Below are positions 55,606-63,907 of a stretch of 64,000 nucleotides of DNA, one piece after another. A model generated the notes under the pieces. It saw only the letters and a program-made list of their open reading frames with translations, ran no database searches and was not told the origin of the DNA. This DNA is from a virus: the IMG/VR virus record IMGVR_UViG_3300024182_000001, positions 1-64,000 of that record; one strand, written 5' to 3'. Made by a program: the position numbers and the translations under genes. The first letter of the stretch is position 1; each line of letters opens with the position of its first letter.

Positions 55606-56016
55606 ATGTCGATTGCGGTTGCCAAGAAGCTTGAACTTTTAAGCCAGGCTGATGATCCCCGAATGGCTATCGTCAAGGCGGTCGGTGACCTGGAAGACGT
55701 CGAGGTGTTTTCCGACATGGTGCTGGTCGGCACTTTTATCCGTCATGAGAAGACGGCCGGCGGCATCATCATGACTAAAGATCATATCGCCGAAGACATC
55801 TGGCAGGGCAAGGTTGGGCTCGTTTTGAAAACCGGCCCGCTCGCATATGCGGATTGGGAACCACCCGAAGATCGCGGCAAAGCCGCCGAACTCGGCTCGT
55901 GGATCGTCTACGCGATCAAGGACGGATGGGGCATTACGTTGAACGACGTCCCCTGCCGCCTTATTCCGTACGATAAGATCCGGATGCGGGTCAGCGATCC
56001 CAAGAAGGTGTTTTAA
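55606..56016 (+). CDS. GroES/Cpn10-like co-chaperonin homolog
   Basis: DMVLVGTFIRHEKTAGGIIM aligns with GroES [20 protein letters not shown]. A later GKVGLVLKTGP...GSWIVY segment matches GEVLAVGNG...GDIVIF. Confidence 0.5.
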   Translation: MSIAVAKKLELLSQADDPRMAIVKAVGDLEDVEVFSDMVLVGTFIRHEKTAGGIIMTKDHIAEDIWQGKVGLVLKTGPLAYADWEPPEDRGKAAELGSWIVYAIKDGWGITLNDVPCRLIPYDKIRMRVSDPKKVF

Positions 56017-57017
56017 TGCCTAGACTTCGCCCTATGCGAACTGCGGAAGAAGCGCTCGCGGTGCCGGCCGACGAGCCGGTGTTGATCGAGCTGACTTCCG
56101 AATCGAGCGTCGTCACGGCGCCAGGCGCCGAACCCGAGATCAAAGCGGCTGAAGTCACGGTCGGCTCGTCCGAGCCTGTCGTCGAAAAGACTGAGCCCGC
56201 TGAGGAGTCGCCTCTCCAGAAGCAGCTTGACGACATGCGCAAGGCGGAAGCCGAAGCGCGTCGCCAGCTTGCTGAATCACAAGCGCGTGAAGCAGCGGCT
56301 ATCCAGGCTGCCAATCAGCGCGGTGAAGCCCTCTATCAAGCCGAAGGCGCAAGGGAGCAGGCGCAATATGACGCGGTTCTCAACGCGATCGGGGCGGCAG
56401 AGTCGGAAGCGAGCCGAGCGGAAAACGACTACGCTGCCGCTATGGCCGCTTCCGACTTTGTGGCAGCCGCGGCCGCGCAACGGCGCCTCTCCATTGCCAC
56501 GACTAGATTGGTTCAGCTCGAAGATGGTAAAGCCGCCTTTGAGGCTCGAACGGAACCCGCCAAGCACGAACCATTAAGGCCGCAAGCTGTTGATCCGATC
56601 GATGCCAACCCCAATCTGTCGGGGAGGCAGAAGGAATGGCTTAAGGGGCATCGCGATGCGCAGTCAAACCCAGCGCAGCTTGCTCGGCTGGGAGCAGCAC
56701 ACTGGGACGCGCTTGCGGCCAAGCACCAACAGGATAGTGATGGCTATTTCCAATTTCTTGAAGAACGTCTGGGTTATCGGCAAGCTGCCAAACAAGATCC
56801 AGAGCCGGAACCATACAGGAGCATGCCGATGAGCGCCCCCGTTACCCGAGAATCACCCAGCATCAATGGTGGCTCCGTTCGTCCCACCCAGATTACGCTG
56901 AGTCCTGCCCAACGGGAAGCAGCGCGTATTTCCGGCGTTTCCGACGTGGAATACGCTAAGAACTATATGCGGCTGCAAGCGCTTAAGCGTGACGGCCACT
57001 ACCAGGAGCGCGGATAA
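56016..57017 (+). CDS. scaffolding-like protein (A/E/Q-rich coiled coil)
   Basis: Composition and helical character, and a position between the portal/GroES-like genes and the capsid genes. Confidence 0.5.
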   Translation: MPRLRPMRTAEEALAVPADEPVLIELTSESSVVTAPGAEPEIKAAEVTVGSSEPVVEKTEPAEESPLQKQLDDMRKAEAEARRQLAESQAREAAAIQAANQRGEALYQAEGAREQAQYDAVLNAIGAAESEASRAENDYAAAMAASDFVAAAAAQRRLSIATTRLVQLEDGKAAFEARTEPAKHEPLRPQAVDPIDANPNLSGRQKEWLKGHRDAQSNPAQLARLGAAHWDALAAKHQQDSDGYFQFLEERLGYRQAAKQDPEPEPYRSMPMSAPVTRESPSINGGSVRPTQITLSPAQREAARISGVSDVEYAKNYMRLQALKRDGHYQERG

Positions 57018-57631
57018 TGACTGAAGAAACCCCCAAAGGCGCGTGGCCGGGCCGACGCCCCAATCGCGAAGCCGTAAAGGAAATCGCCGACCGCGCGGAG
57101 GCAATGCCGCGGGCGCACTCGCTGCTTTCCAAAATGAAAGCGCGCCCCAATTGGGACGACGATACTGCCAATGAGGTGGGTGACGAAAGCGCTGATCGCC
57201 TCAAGATCCCGCGGGATATCATCGACAAATTCGCTCGCGACGGCGTCGCGCTGCAATGGATCACGCGGTCGGTGCGCGGCCAAGACGCTCCCCAGGAGAT
57301 ATCCAAATTCGTCAAGGGCGGCTGGACACCGGTGCATGCTTCCGACTTCGACGGGGCTTTTGACGGCATGTTCATGCCCAAGGGGTCGGATGACGTCGTC
57401 GGTGTGGATGACTGCATGCTGGTTGCTCGCCCAATGGAAATCCAGCGGCGCTCCAAGGAGCGCGAGCGCATGCAGGCGGCCGAACCGCTTCGGATCAAGA
57501 TGGCGGAGCTGGGCGCCGGGCTCAATATTCCTGGCGGCAACCATCCGACGGCTGTTCGACAGAATCACATCACAGTCACGCGCGAAGGGATTGCTGTTCC
57601 CGTCGATGCGCTTGGGCAACAGGATCATTAA
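57017..57631 (+). CDS. hypothetical head-assembly-region protein
   Basis: ATGA-coupled to the scaffold gene. Confidence 0.45.
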   Translation: MTEETPKGAWPGRRPNREAVKEIADRAEAMPRAHSLLSKMKARPNWDDDTANEVGDESADRLKIPRDIIDKFARDGVALQWITRSVRGQDAPQEISKFVKGGWTPVHASDFDGAFDGMFMPKGSDDVVGVDDCMLVARPMEIQRRSKERERMQAAEPLRIKMAELGAGLNIPGGNHPTAVRQNHITVTREGIAVPVDALGQQDH

Positions 57632-57632
57632 A

Positions 57633-57809
57633 GTGGATTCGGAAGATACCATATGTTCTGAAACTGGTTATTGCCAAGCAAGTCCTGGCGAGCGCGATAT
57701 AACCAACTGCGAGTTTTGTGGTAAGGAATTGCATGAACGTAATGGCCAATGGTGGACGTGGGATGCCGATCAATATGATAATCCATACCCACAATGCTTC
57801 GTATGTTGA
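57633..57809 (+). CDS. small Cys-rich (zinc-binding) protein, 58 aa, GTG start
   Basis: Sequence DSEDTICSETGYCQASPGERDITNCEFCGKELHERNGQWWTWDADQYDNPYPQCFVC. The RBS is weak. Confidence 0.25.
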   Translation: MDSEDTICSETGYCQASPGERDITNCEFCGKELHERNGQWWTWDADQYDNPYPQCFVC

Positions 57810-57961
57810 AGCTATTGCGCCTACTGAAAAAGTGGTGTAATTGAGTTCCATCAGCAGAGCGGCGCCCGCCTGCCGATCCCTACCTCCATCACGTGCCGTG
57901 ATGGTTCCACGCAGCCAAATCAGCGGAGTTCGCTGAAGCGGTTGGCAGCAGGAGCCGTCAT

Positions 57962-58633
57962 ATGGCTAACGTGTTGGAAAGCCCAACCAGGGGATTTCAA
58001 GAATTCGGCCGCGCTGAAGGTGGGTCCCCGACTGCGGGTATGACCCCGGTTTGGATTGGTTCGACCGATCCGGCACTGATCTTCCGCGGCGATACCGTCA
58101 TTCGATCGTCCAACAATACCGGCACTTCCGGCCAATACATCACCGCAGCGATCAACTCCACGGGCGGCCCGGTGCGTGGCGTGTTCATGGGCTGCGAGCA
58201 GTATATCCCGACTGCCGGCCGTGTTGTCTGGTCCAACTACTACAACGGTGTGGTCACGGGCTCGACCGGTGACGTCAGGGCATGGGTCATCGACGATCCC
58301 GCTCGGCTCTTTCTCGTACAGTGCTCGACCATCAACACGGTCACATCCTCGTATGTCGGCCTGAACGCAGGCTTTACGTCCTCGCTGTCGAGCTTAGGCA
58401 ACACCACCGTCGGCCTGTCGGCCCAGCAACTCACTTCTTCGCTCGTCGGGTCGACTGGCGGCCTACCATGGCGTATCGTCGACTTCTACTCGAATTACGC
58501 CCCGCCCGGCGTGCCTGGTATTGGCACCAACGCTTTCATCAATGGCACTGACAATACGACCGCAGCCAACATGGTGATCGTGCGACTCAACAACTGCGAG
58601 CGTCTCAATCTGACTGCTCCTAGCTCGGCATAA
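57962..58633 (+). CDS. virion structural protein (223 aa, S/T/G-rich)
   Basis: AGGAGC RBS; lies in the head/structural module. Confidence 0.45.
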   Translation: MANVLESPTRGFQEFGRAEGGSPTAGMTPVWIGSTDPALIFRGDTVIRSSNNTGTSGQYITAAINSTGGPVRGVFMGCEQYIPTAGRVVWSNYYNGVVTGSTGDVRAWVIDDPARLFLVQCSTINTVTSSYVGLNAGFTSSLSSLGNTTVGLSAQQLTSSLVGSTGGLPWRIVDFYSNYAPPGVPGIGTNAFINGTDNTTAANMVIVRLNNCERLNLTAPSSA

Positions 58634-58644
58634 GGGAGTTCGTG

Positions 58645-59043
58645 ATGGATATCCTTTCGCACGACAAGAAAGCCGAAGATAAGTGGCACGATCATCGGCA
58701 TCCACCGGTCGGCATCGGTTCGAGCGAGGCGATGGTCGTTACCAGGGCGTCGTCATATACGCTTCTGGTTTTGTCGCCGACGGTCGGCGCCATGGCGCTC
58801 CAGCTTCCCATCACAAATCCGTCTACGACAGTTACGGAGGGCTCGACGGTTCCGATCCCTCCGGCAGTCGTTGTGGGCGACGTGGTTGAAGTCTGCGTCG
58901 AGCCGGATAGCGCCGCCAGCGCGTATGTCTGGTACGGCGCGACTACCGCCGATTCCATGCACGGCAACTATGATGAAGTCAGCCCCGGAAAGTGTCGCGT
59001 TTACCGCTACGTGTCCGGGGCTGTTTGGAATCGGTATTCCTAG
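58645..59043 (+). CDS. virion structural protein (132 aa)
   Basis: AAGGGAG RBS placed 6 nt before ATG 58645. Confidence 0.4.
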   Translation: MDILSHDKKAEDKWHDHRHPPVGIGSSEAMVVTRASSYTLLVLSPTVGAMALQLPITNPSTTVTEGSTVPIPPAVVVGDVVEVCVEPDSAASAYVWYGATTADSMHGNYDEVSPGKCRVYRYVSGAVWNRYS

Positions 59044-59061
59044 ATGTTGAACGCCGGCAAC

Positions 59062-59892
59062 TCAGCTTTTTCTTGGTTTGCGCTTTTTGGGAAGCGCAGT
59101 CAGGATTTCGCTTGGGGTTTTGCCGGTAGCGGTTTCTCGGGTAATATGTTCAATAAGTTTGGCGTCAACTCTATGGTTTCTAGCGTCAAACCAGTCTTGA
59201 ATATTTCCCGCATTCGTAACCCATTCGAGGTTATTCGAGCGGCAGTTTGTCTTGTCTTCGTCTATGTGGTTAACAACCGGCAGGTTATCAGGATTTGGAA
59301 CGAAAGCTGCTGCAACAAGTCGATGTACAAGCAGGGTTTTTATAATACCAGCCTTGCTCAATTCGACTTTAGGGTACCCGCTTCCATCACTCCCGTTGGT
59401 GGTGATTCTAGCGCTCCAGAAACGCTTACGCCCAAGGGTATCTTCAAGGTGTCTTCCAACGCTGTGGATTCGCCCCAGGTTGCTGATTTGGTAAAATCCT
59501 TCGTATCCAGAGACGTCTTTCCATTCTTCTCCGGGAAGGCTGTCGGGGCGTTCTATCATTTTTGGAAAAAGCTCCATCACCGCTTTATCGACATAGAAAG
59601 CCCGTGCGCGCGGCTTTCCAGCAGGTTGATTAGGGATGGCCAAGTAGGCGACTCTAAATCCTTCGTTGATGGAGATTTTAAGCATGCGGCTACGTACGGT
59701 TCGTCCGGAACAATCCAGACGATTGAGTCGAAATACTCTCCCGAGGTTCGATACTTCGTAAATCCCCTCGTAGTTAGGAATAGGTTTCCATTCTTCACCG
59801 GGGCGATCATTGCGTGGTTCTCCCGGTTCAGTCGTTCTCTTTGTCAAAAGAGTCTCCCTTTCATGTCGATGATAGTATCGCTGCACTATCAT
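59062..59892 (-). CDS. HNH homing endonuclease with two NUMOD4 motifs
   Basis: GEEWKPIPNYEGIYEVSNLGRV and GEEWKDVSGYEGFYQISNLGRI match NUMOD4. HRLVAAAFVPNPDNLPVVNHIDEDKTNCRSNNLEWVT matches HNH_3. Confidence 0.75.
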   Translation of the reverse strand: MIVQRYYHRHERETLLTKRTTEPGEPRNDRPGEEWKPIPNYEGIYEVSNLGRVFRLNRLDCSGRTVRSRMLKISINEGFRVAYLAIPNQPAGKPRARAFYVDKAVMELFPKMIERPDSLPGEEWKDVSGYEGFYQISNLGRIHSVGRHLEDTLGRKRFWSARITTNGSDGSGYPKVELSKAGIIKTLLVHRLVAAAFVPNPDNLPVVNHIDEDKTNCRSNNLEWVTNAGNIQDWFDARNHRVDAKLIEHITRETATGKTPSEILTALPKKRKPRKS

Positions 59893-59965
59893 AGATACGT
59901 TATTGACGAAGCATCGTCAAGCACCAGCGCAGTGAGAAAGGGTGGATTCCTGTGCCAGTAGCATT

Positions 59966-59981
59966 ATCACAAATTCGTGAT
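59966..59981. promoter_or_regulatory. palindromic operator-like site ATCACAAATTCGTGAT just upstream of a TTGACT/TAAATA-like promoter for the capsid gene
   Basis: Same half-sites as the operator family; it precedes ATG 60030 by about 50 nt. Confidence 0.5.
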
Positions 59982-60029
59982 TTGTTGTTGCCAGGGCTTT
60001 GACTCTGGGGCATAGATGGTAAATACAAG

Positions 60030-60872
60030 ATGATCGAACGGCAGTGGCCGCAGATCTTCAAGTCCGTCGACTCGAACATGGCGCTCGAACGTCGTGTCGC
60101 GGTGCGCTTCCTAGGCTACGCGCAGCTCAAGAACGAAGGCGCTCCGACCGCCGCGGACAATAACGCCGGCCAGCGCTACGTGTACAATGCCGAACACTTT
60201 GAAATCGGTCTTATGTACGCGATCACTCGCAAGGCGATCGACGACAACCTCTACAAATCCGAGTTCGGCCCCAACAACGACGGCCTTATGGAGTCGTTCA
60301 AGGAAACCGAAGAAGTCTACGCCGGCAACGTGCTCAACAACGGCTCCGTCTATAACCCGGCCGTTCAGGGCGACGGTGTTGCGCTTATCTCGACCGCGCA
60401 TCCGATCGACGGAGCGACAATTGCCAACCAGCCTTCTCCGGATGTTTCTCTGAATGAGACTTCGCTGCTCAATTCGGCGATTGTCATCCGATCGACCTGG
60501 AAGAACAACGCTGGCCTGAAAATCCATGCGCGTGGGCAGAAGCTGATCGTGCCTCCGAACCTGGAGCCGATCGCCGCGCGCTTGTTTCGATCTGAGTTGC
60601 GAGTGGGTACTGGTCAGAACGACGTTAACGCCGTGCGCGAGATGGAGCAGTCCTTCAAGGAAGGCTACATGGTGTACGACTATCTCACGTCGTCTTTTGC
60701 CTGGTTCGTGCTGACGAATATTCAGGGACTTGTGTTCTTCCAGCGTAAGGCGTTCGAGAGTGACATGAGCGTCGAGTTTACTACTGATAACCTTTTAGTC
60801 AAGGGTTATCAACGCTACATTCCAACATATTTTGACTGGAGGAGAATTTTTGGAACCTACCCTACGTCGTAA
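60030..60872 (+). CDS. putative major capsid protein (280 aa), assigned by position
   Basis: Follows the scaffold/assembly genes and has its own promoter. It shows no clear similarity to T7 or lambda capsid proteins, so this is tentative. Confidence 0.4.
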   Translation: MIERQWPQIFKSVDSNMALERRVAVRFLGYAQLKNEGAPTAADNNAGQRYVYNAEHFEIGLMYAITRKAIDDNLYKSEFGPNNDGLMESFKETEEVYAGNVLNNGSVYNPAVQGDGVALISTAHPIDGATIANQPSPDVSLNETSLLNSAIVIRSTWKNNAGLKIHARGQKLIVPPNLEPIAARLFRSELRVGTGQNDVNAVREMEQSFKEGYMVYDYLTSSFAWFVLTNIQGLVFFQRKAFESDMSVEFTTDNLLVKGYQRYIPTYFDWRRIFGTYPTS

Positions 60873-60939
60873 TATCCTCTATTGACAGTGGGGTACATAA
60901 AGGGTATGTTGTCTGCATCCAGCAACGGAGGCGGACAAT

Positions 60940-61872
60940 ATGGAAACGAAAGCTCCTATTACTCATGCACGCGTTCGAGCACTTCTTGAGTATGATGCGG
61001 AAACAGGCGTTTTTCGTCGCAATCTTAGGAAATCAGATTTGCGCGAAGATGAGCCGCTTTCGCATGAGCGTTTGCTTCAAGTTCTCGAATATGATCCTCT
61101 TACGGGCATCTTTATCTGGAAAGAAAAAACAGGTCATAGATCGGTCATTGGAACTGAAGCCGGAACAAATAAAATTGTCACTAGCGGCGTGTATCGATAT
61201 ATCGCTGTCGACGGTGTCAGGTACCTTGCCCATCGACTTGCATGGTTCTGGGTCCGAAAAACGTGGCCCCGACTTCTTAAATTCAAAGACGGTGACTCCC
61301 TTAATTGTGCATTTGAAAACCTCGAAGATGCCGGAGAAGCTGTTGGAAGTGGTAAAACTAGTGAAGGATACGTCTACATTAGACTTGATGGCTCTGACTA
61401 TCCCGCAGCGCGACTCGCATGGTTTTGGACGTATGGAGAATGGCCGGGACTTCTTCGTTTTCGAGACGGTAATAAAGAAAATCTTCGGTTGGGTAATTTG
61501 CGAGATTCTGCAGCGGAGCCAGCGTACGCCAAAAGCGATCAAGAGCGGTATGAAGATCGAAAATCAGTGTACGCAAGAGATCGTGAACGGTCTCGAAATC
61601 TTGCATTCAAAAACAAGTATGGAATCTCACTGGCAGATTTCCGACGCATGGAAGCCGAGCAAAACGGCGTCTGTTCTATCTGCGGCCAACCGGAAACTAT
61701 CGAGCGTAACGGAAAAGCTCGGCTGCTCGCTGTTGACCACTGCCATGACACCGGCAAGGTTCGAGGGCTGCTTTGCGGGAAATGTAATCCGATGATCGGG
61801 TACGCAGATCACAGTATTGACATCCTCACGCGCGCTATTGATTATCTGAAGCGCACGAACGGAGCTGACTAA
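60940..61872 (+). CDS. composite homing-endonuclease-like protein: two degenerate HNH_3-type repeats plus a C-terminal endonuclease VII-type nuclease
   Basis: The repeats YRYIAVDGVRYLAHRLAWFW...DGDSLNCAFENL and YVYIRLDGSDYPAARLAWFW...DGNKENLRLGNLR parallel the HNH-AP2 protein at 45475. The C-terminus CSICGQPE...LAVDHCHDTGKVRGLLCGKCN is EndoVII-like. Confidence 0.6.
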   Translation: METKAPITHARVRALLEYDAETGVFRRNLRKSDLREDEPLSHERLLQVLEYDPLTGIFIWKEKTGHRSVIGTEAGTNKIVTSGVYRYIAVDGVRYLAHRLAWFWVRKTWPRLLKFKDGDSLNCAFENLEDAGEAVGSGKTSEGYVYIRLDGSDYPAARLAWFWTYGEWPGLLRFRDGNKENLRLGNLRDSAAEPAYAKSDQERYEDRKSVYARDRERSRNLAFKNKYGISLADFRRMEAEQNGVCSICGQPETIERNGKARLLAVDHCHDTGKVRGLLCGKCNPMIGYADHSIDILTRAIDYLKRTNGAD

Positions 61873-62891
61873 TGGGTATCACCGCAGTCTCGGGTCCGAG
61901 CATCACCTACGGATCAGTATCAACCTCGTCCGCCGGGACGGGGCTGCTCGGCAACGACATGGAGCATAACGATCAGCGCGCACCGGATTTCTCTGATCTT
62001 GGTTTTGCTATGCTCGATCCGCGGCAAGCCTATGCTTACAATCCAGGCTCTGGCGTCACGGACCAGTTTGTAGGCTTCTACGGCAGTGTCGGCTTTGTCG
62101 ACTTTGTTCCAGCCACGCGCTCGGATTCGTCCGCGACCGGCTCTCTAGTGCAATCCAGTCGCACCAATGCGGCAGCAGGAGCTGCGCTCACGCTCACGGC
62201 GGCTTCCACCGCACTCGGCACTTACGCGACAACGATCATCGCCCCGGAAACCGGCAAAGTAACAGGTACGCTCCTGGCGATTGATTCGACCGCAGCTACA
62301 GTCAGCTTTGGCCCGACCGGAACCGCAACGGTATGGAACCCCGGTGCCGGCACCGGTCGCTGCATTGCAATCACTACGTCCTCGTCAGGTGACGTCGGCA
62401 CGTTTACGATCATCGGCCGCGATATGTACGGCTATAAGATGACTGAGAACGTTACCGCCAACGTCGGCACCACCAACTCGTCGGGGTACACGGTTACGAG
62501 CCAGAAGGCGTTCAAGTACGTTTCGTCGATCATCAATACGACTACAACGACGTCGACGAGCATTTACGCCGGCTTTACCGACACCTTCGGCTTCCCGCTT
62601 TTCGTGCCGTATCTCGGGTTCAACGCACAAGTTCGGCTGATGCCGACTGCCTATTCGAGCGTCACTTATGTGGCGCTAATGTCTTCGGCTGCAGTGGTTC
62701 TTGGACAATCGAGCATTGCCACCCAGACATCGACCACGCCGGATGTGCGCGGTACCTACACATCCAGCACGGCCTCGAATGGCACGCTTCGGCTGCAGAT
62801 GCTGGTGACGCCTTGCGCTTCGGCAGTCGCCACGGTGACTTCCACCAATTTGTCGCCGCTGTTCGGGTATCCCCAATTCTCGTCCGTCTAA
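61872..62891 (+). CDS. S/T-rich virion structural protein (339 aa)
   Basis: ATGA-coupled. Long Ser/Thr tracts (TTTTTSTS, SSTASN...). Confidence 0.5.
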   Translation: MGITAVSGPSITYGSVSTSSAGTGLLGNDMEHNDQRAPDFSDLGFAMLDPRQAYAYNPGSGVTDQFVGFYGSVGFVDFVPATRSDSSATGSLVQSSRTNAAAGAALTLTAASTALGTYATTIIAPETGKVTGTLLAIDSTAATVSFGPTGTATVWNPGAGTGRCIAITTSSSGDVGTFTIIGRDMYGYKMTENVTANVGTTNSSGYTVTSQKAFKYVSSIINTTTTTSTSIYAGFTDTFGFPLFVPYLGFNAQVRLMPTAYSSVTYVALMSSAAVVLGQSSIATQTSTTPDVRGTYTSSTASNGTLRLQMLVTPCASAVATVTSTNLSPLFGYPQFSSV

Positions 62892-62902
62892 GGAGTGTAT
62901 CT

Positions 62903-63130
62903 ATGGCTAATCGACACAAGTTCGCCAAGGGCGGGCGCACGGTCTATTCCGGTAGCGGCTCGAATGTCGTCAAGGAAGCCGACAGCGACGCCAACTTCAA
63001 GAAGGGCGGCAAGGTGGCCAAGATGGAAGGCCACAAGGGTAAGCACCGGTTTGCTCGCGGCGGCCGGGCTGGCTGCGACAAAGAACCCTATAGCTCGGCT
63101 CATACCGGCCCATCCGGGGGCGGCAAATAA
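62903..63130 (+). CDS. small basic protein with FAKGGR/FARGGR motifs (75 aa); paralog of the 54890 protein
   Basis: AAGGAG RBS. Motifs HKFAKGGRT, FKKGGKV and HRFARGGRA. Confidence 0.4.
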   Translation: MANRHKFAKGGRTVYSGSGSNVVKEADSDANFKKGGKVAKMEGHKGKHRFARGGRAGCDKEPYSSAHTGPSGGGK

Positions 63131-63139
63131 GGCGCCGCG

Positions 63140-63475
63140 ATGCAGCCGGTTTACCTCGTCCGAACGTCTACGGGATCTTCCCCCTGGAAGCAGACTAATT
63201 GGCACTGCACCGGGCCGATGAATATCGGCGTGGCAGTTGCCTGCAATTCCACGTCCACGTGGCAGATCGACTATACGGTTGATGATCCAACCAATAACTT
63301 CCCCAATCCGACCTTGGGGTCCTCTGCGGTTACGATCTTCAGTTCCACAAGTGGTTCGTCATCGACATATGCCAGCTTCAGTACGCCCGTAGCGGCTATC
63401 CGACTGACGATGAATGCGCTGTCCAGTGCTGGCGGCAACGTGACAGCCACGATCTTACAGGCTGGCATCGGTTGA
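63140..63475 (+). CDS. virion structural protein (111 aa)
   Basis: ORF in the structural block; S/T-rich. Confidence 0.4.
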   Translation: MQPVYLVRTSTGSSPWKQTNWHCTGPMNIGVAVACNSTSTWQIDYTVDDPTNNFPNPTLGSSAVTIFSSTSGSSSTYASFSTPVAAIRLTMNALSSAGGNVTATILQAGIG

Positions 63476-63478
63476 TCG

Positions 63479-63494
63479 ATCACGATTTCGTGAT
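63479..63494. promoter_or_regulatory. palindromic operator-like site ATCACGATTTCGTGAT followed by a GGTGGAAC-TTCCACC palindrome
   Basis: Nearly identical to the site at 29414. The second palindrome (63500-63516) contains the origin iteron core GGTGGAAC. Confidence 0.5.
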
Positions 63495-63526
63495 ATAAGG
63501 GTGGAACTTCCACCGGGCCCGCGCCG

Positions 63527-63907
63527 ATGAGCGTCAACTATAACACTCCGACCATTTCCAACCGGCTTACGCAGGTTATCAACGGTATGGATGGGGGTGG
63601 GGCGGCAGGGGCGCTCAAGCTGCTGGATTCGGGCGGTAACGTGCTTTCCACCATGCCGCTGGCATTCCCAAGTGGGACGGTTGCGGGCAACACGTTGCAG
63701 TTCAACGGGCTCTCGCTCATCGACCCTTCGATTGCTGCAAGTGGGACCGCAACGGCTGCCCGGATCGATGATTCGAGCGGGACGACCATAATCAGCGGGC
63801 TTACGGTCGACAGCGTGAGCGGGGCCGATATCATCCTTTCACCCACGAATGTGCTGGTTGCCGGCCAAGTGTTGGCGATCCAAGCCGCAACAATTACAGG
63901 AGTTTGA
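63527..63907 (+). CDS. virion structural protein (126 aa)
   Basis: ORF downstream of the operator/promoter region; the structural block continues to the window end. Confidence 0.4.
   Translation: MSVNYNTPTISNRLTQVINGMDGGGAAGALKLLDSGGNVLSTMPLAFPSGTVAGNTLQFNGLSLIDPSIAASGTATAARIDDSSGTTIISGLTVDSVSGADIILSPTNVLVAGQVLAIQAATITGV

Noticed and set aside
59044-59961. A 305-aa + strand ORF covering the same DNA as the minus-strand NUMOD4-HNH gene
   Set aside because: The minus-strand reading contains two canonical NUMOD4 motifs and an HNH_3 motif. The + strand product has no recognisable features.
60030-60872. Assigning the capsid protein gene to 61872..62891 instead
   Set aside because: That protein is dominated by Ser/Thr low-complexity tracts, which are atypical of HK97-fold capsid proteins. 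The ORF at 60030 has its own promoter/operator and follows the scaffold gene. The assignment remains tentative.
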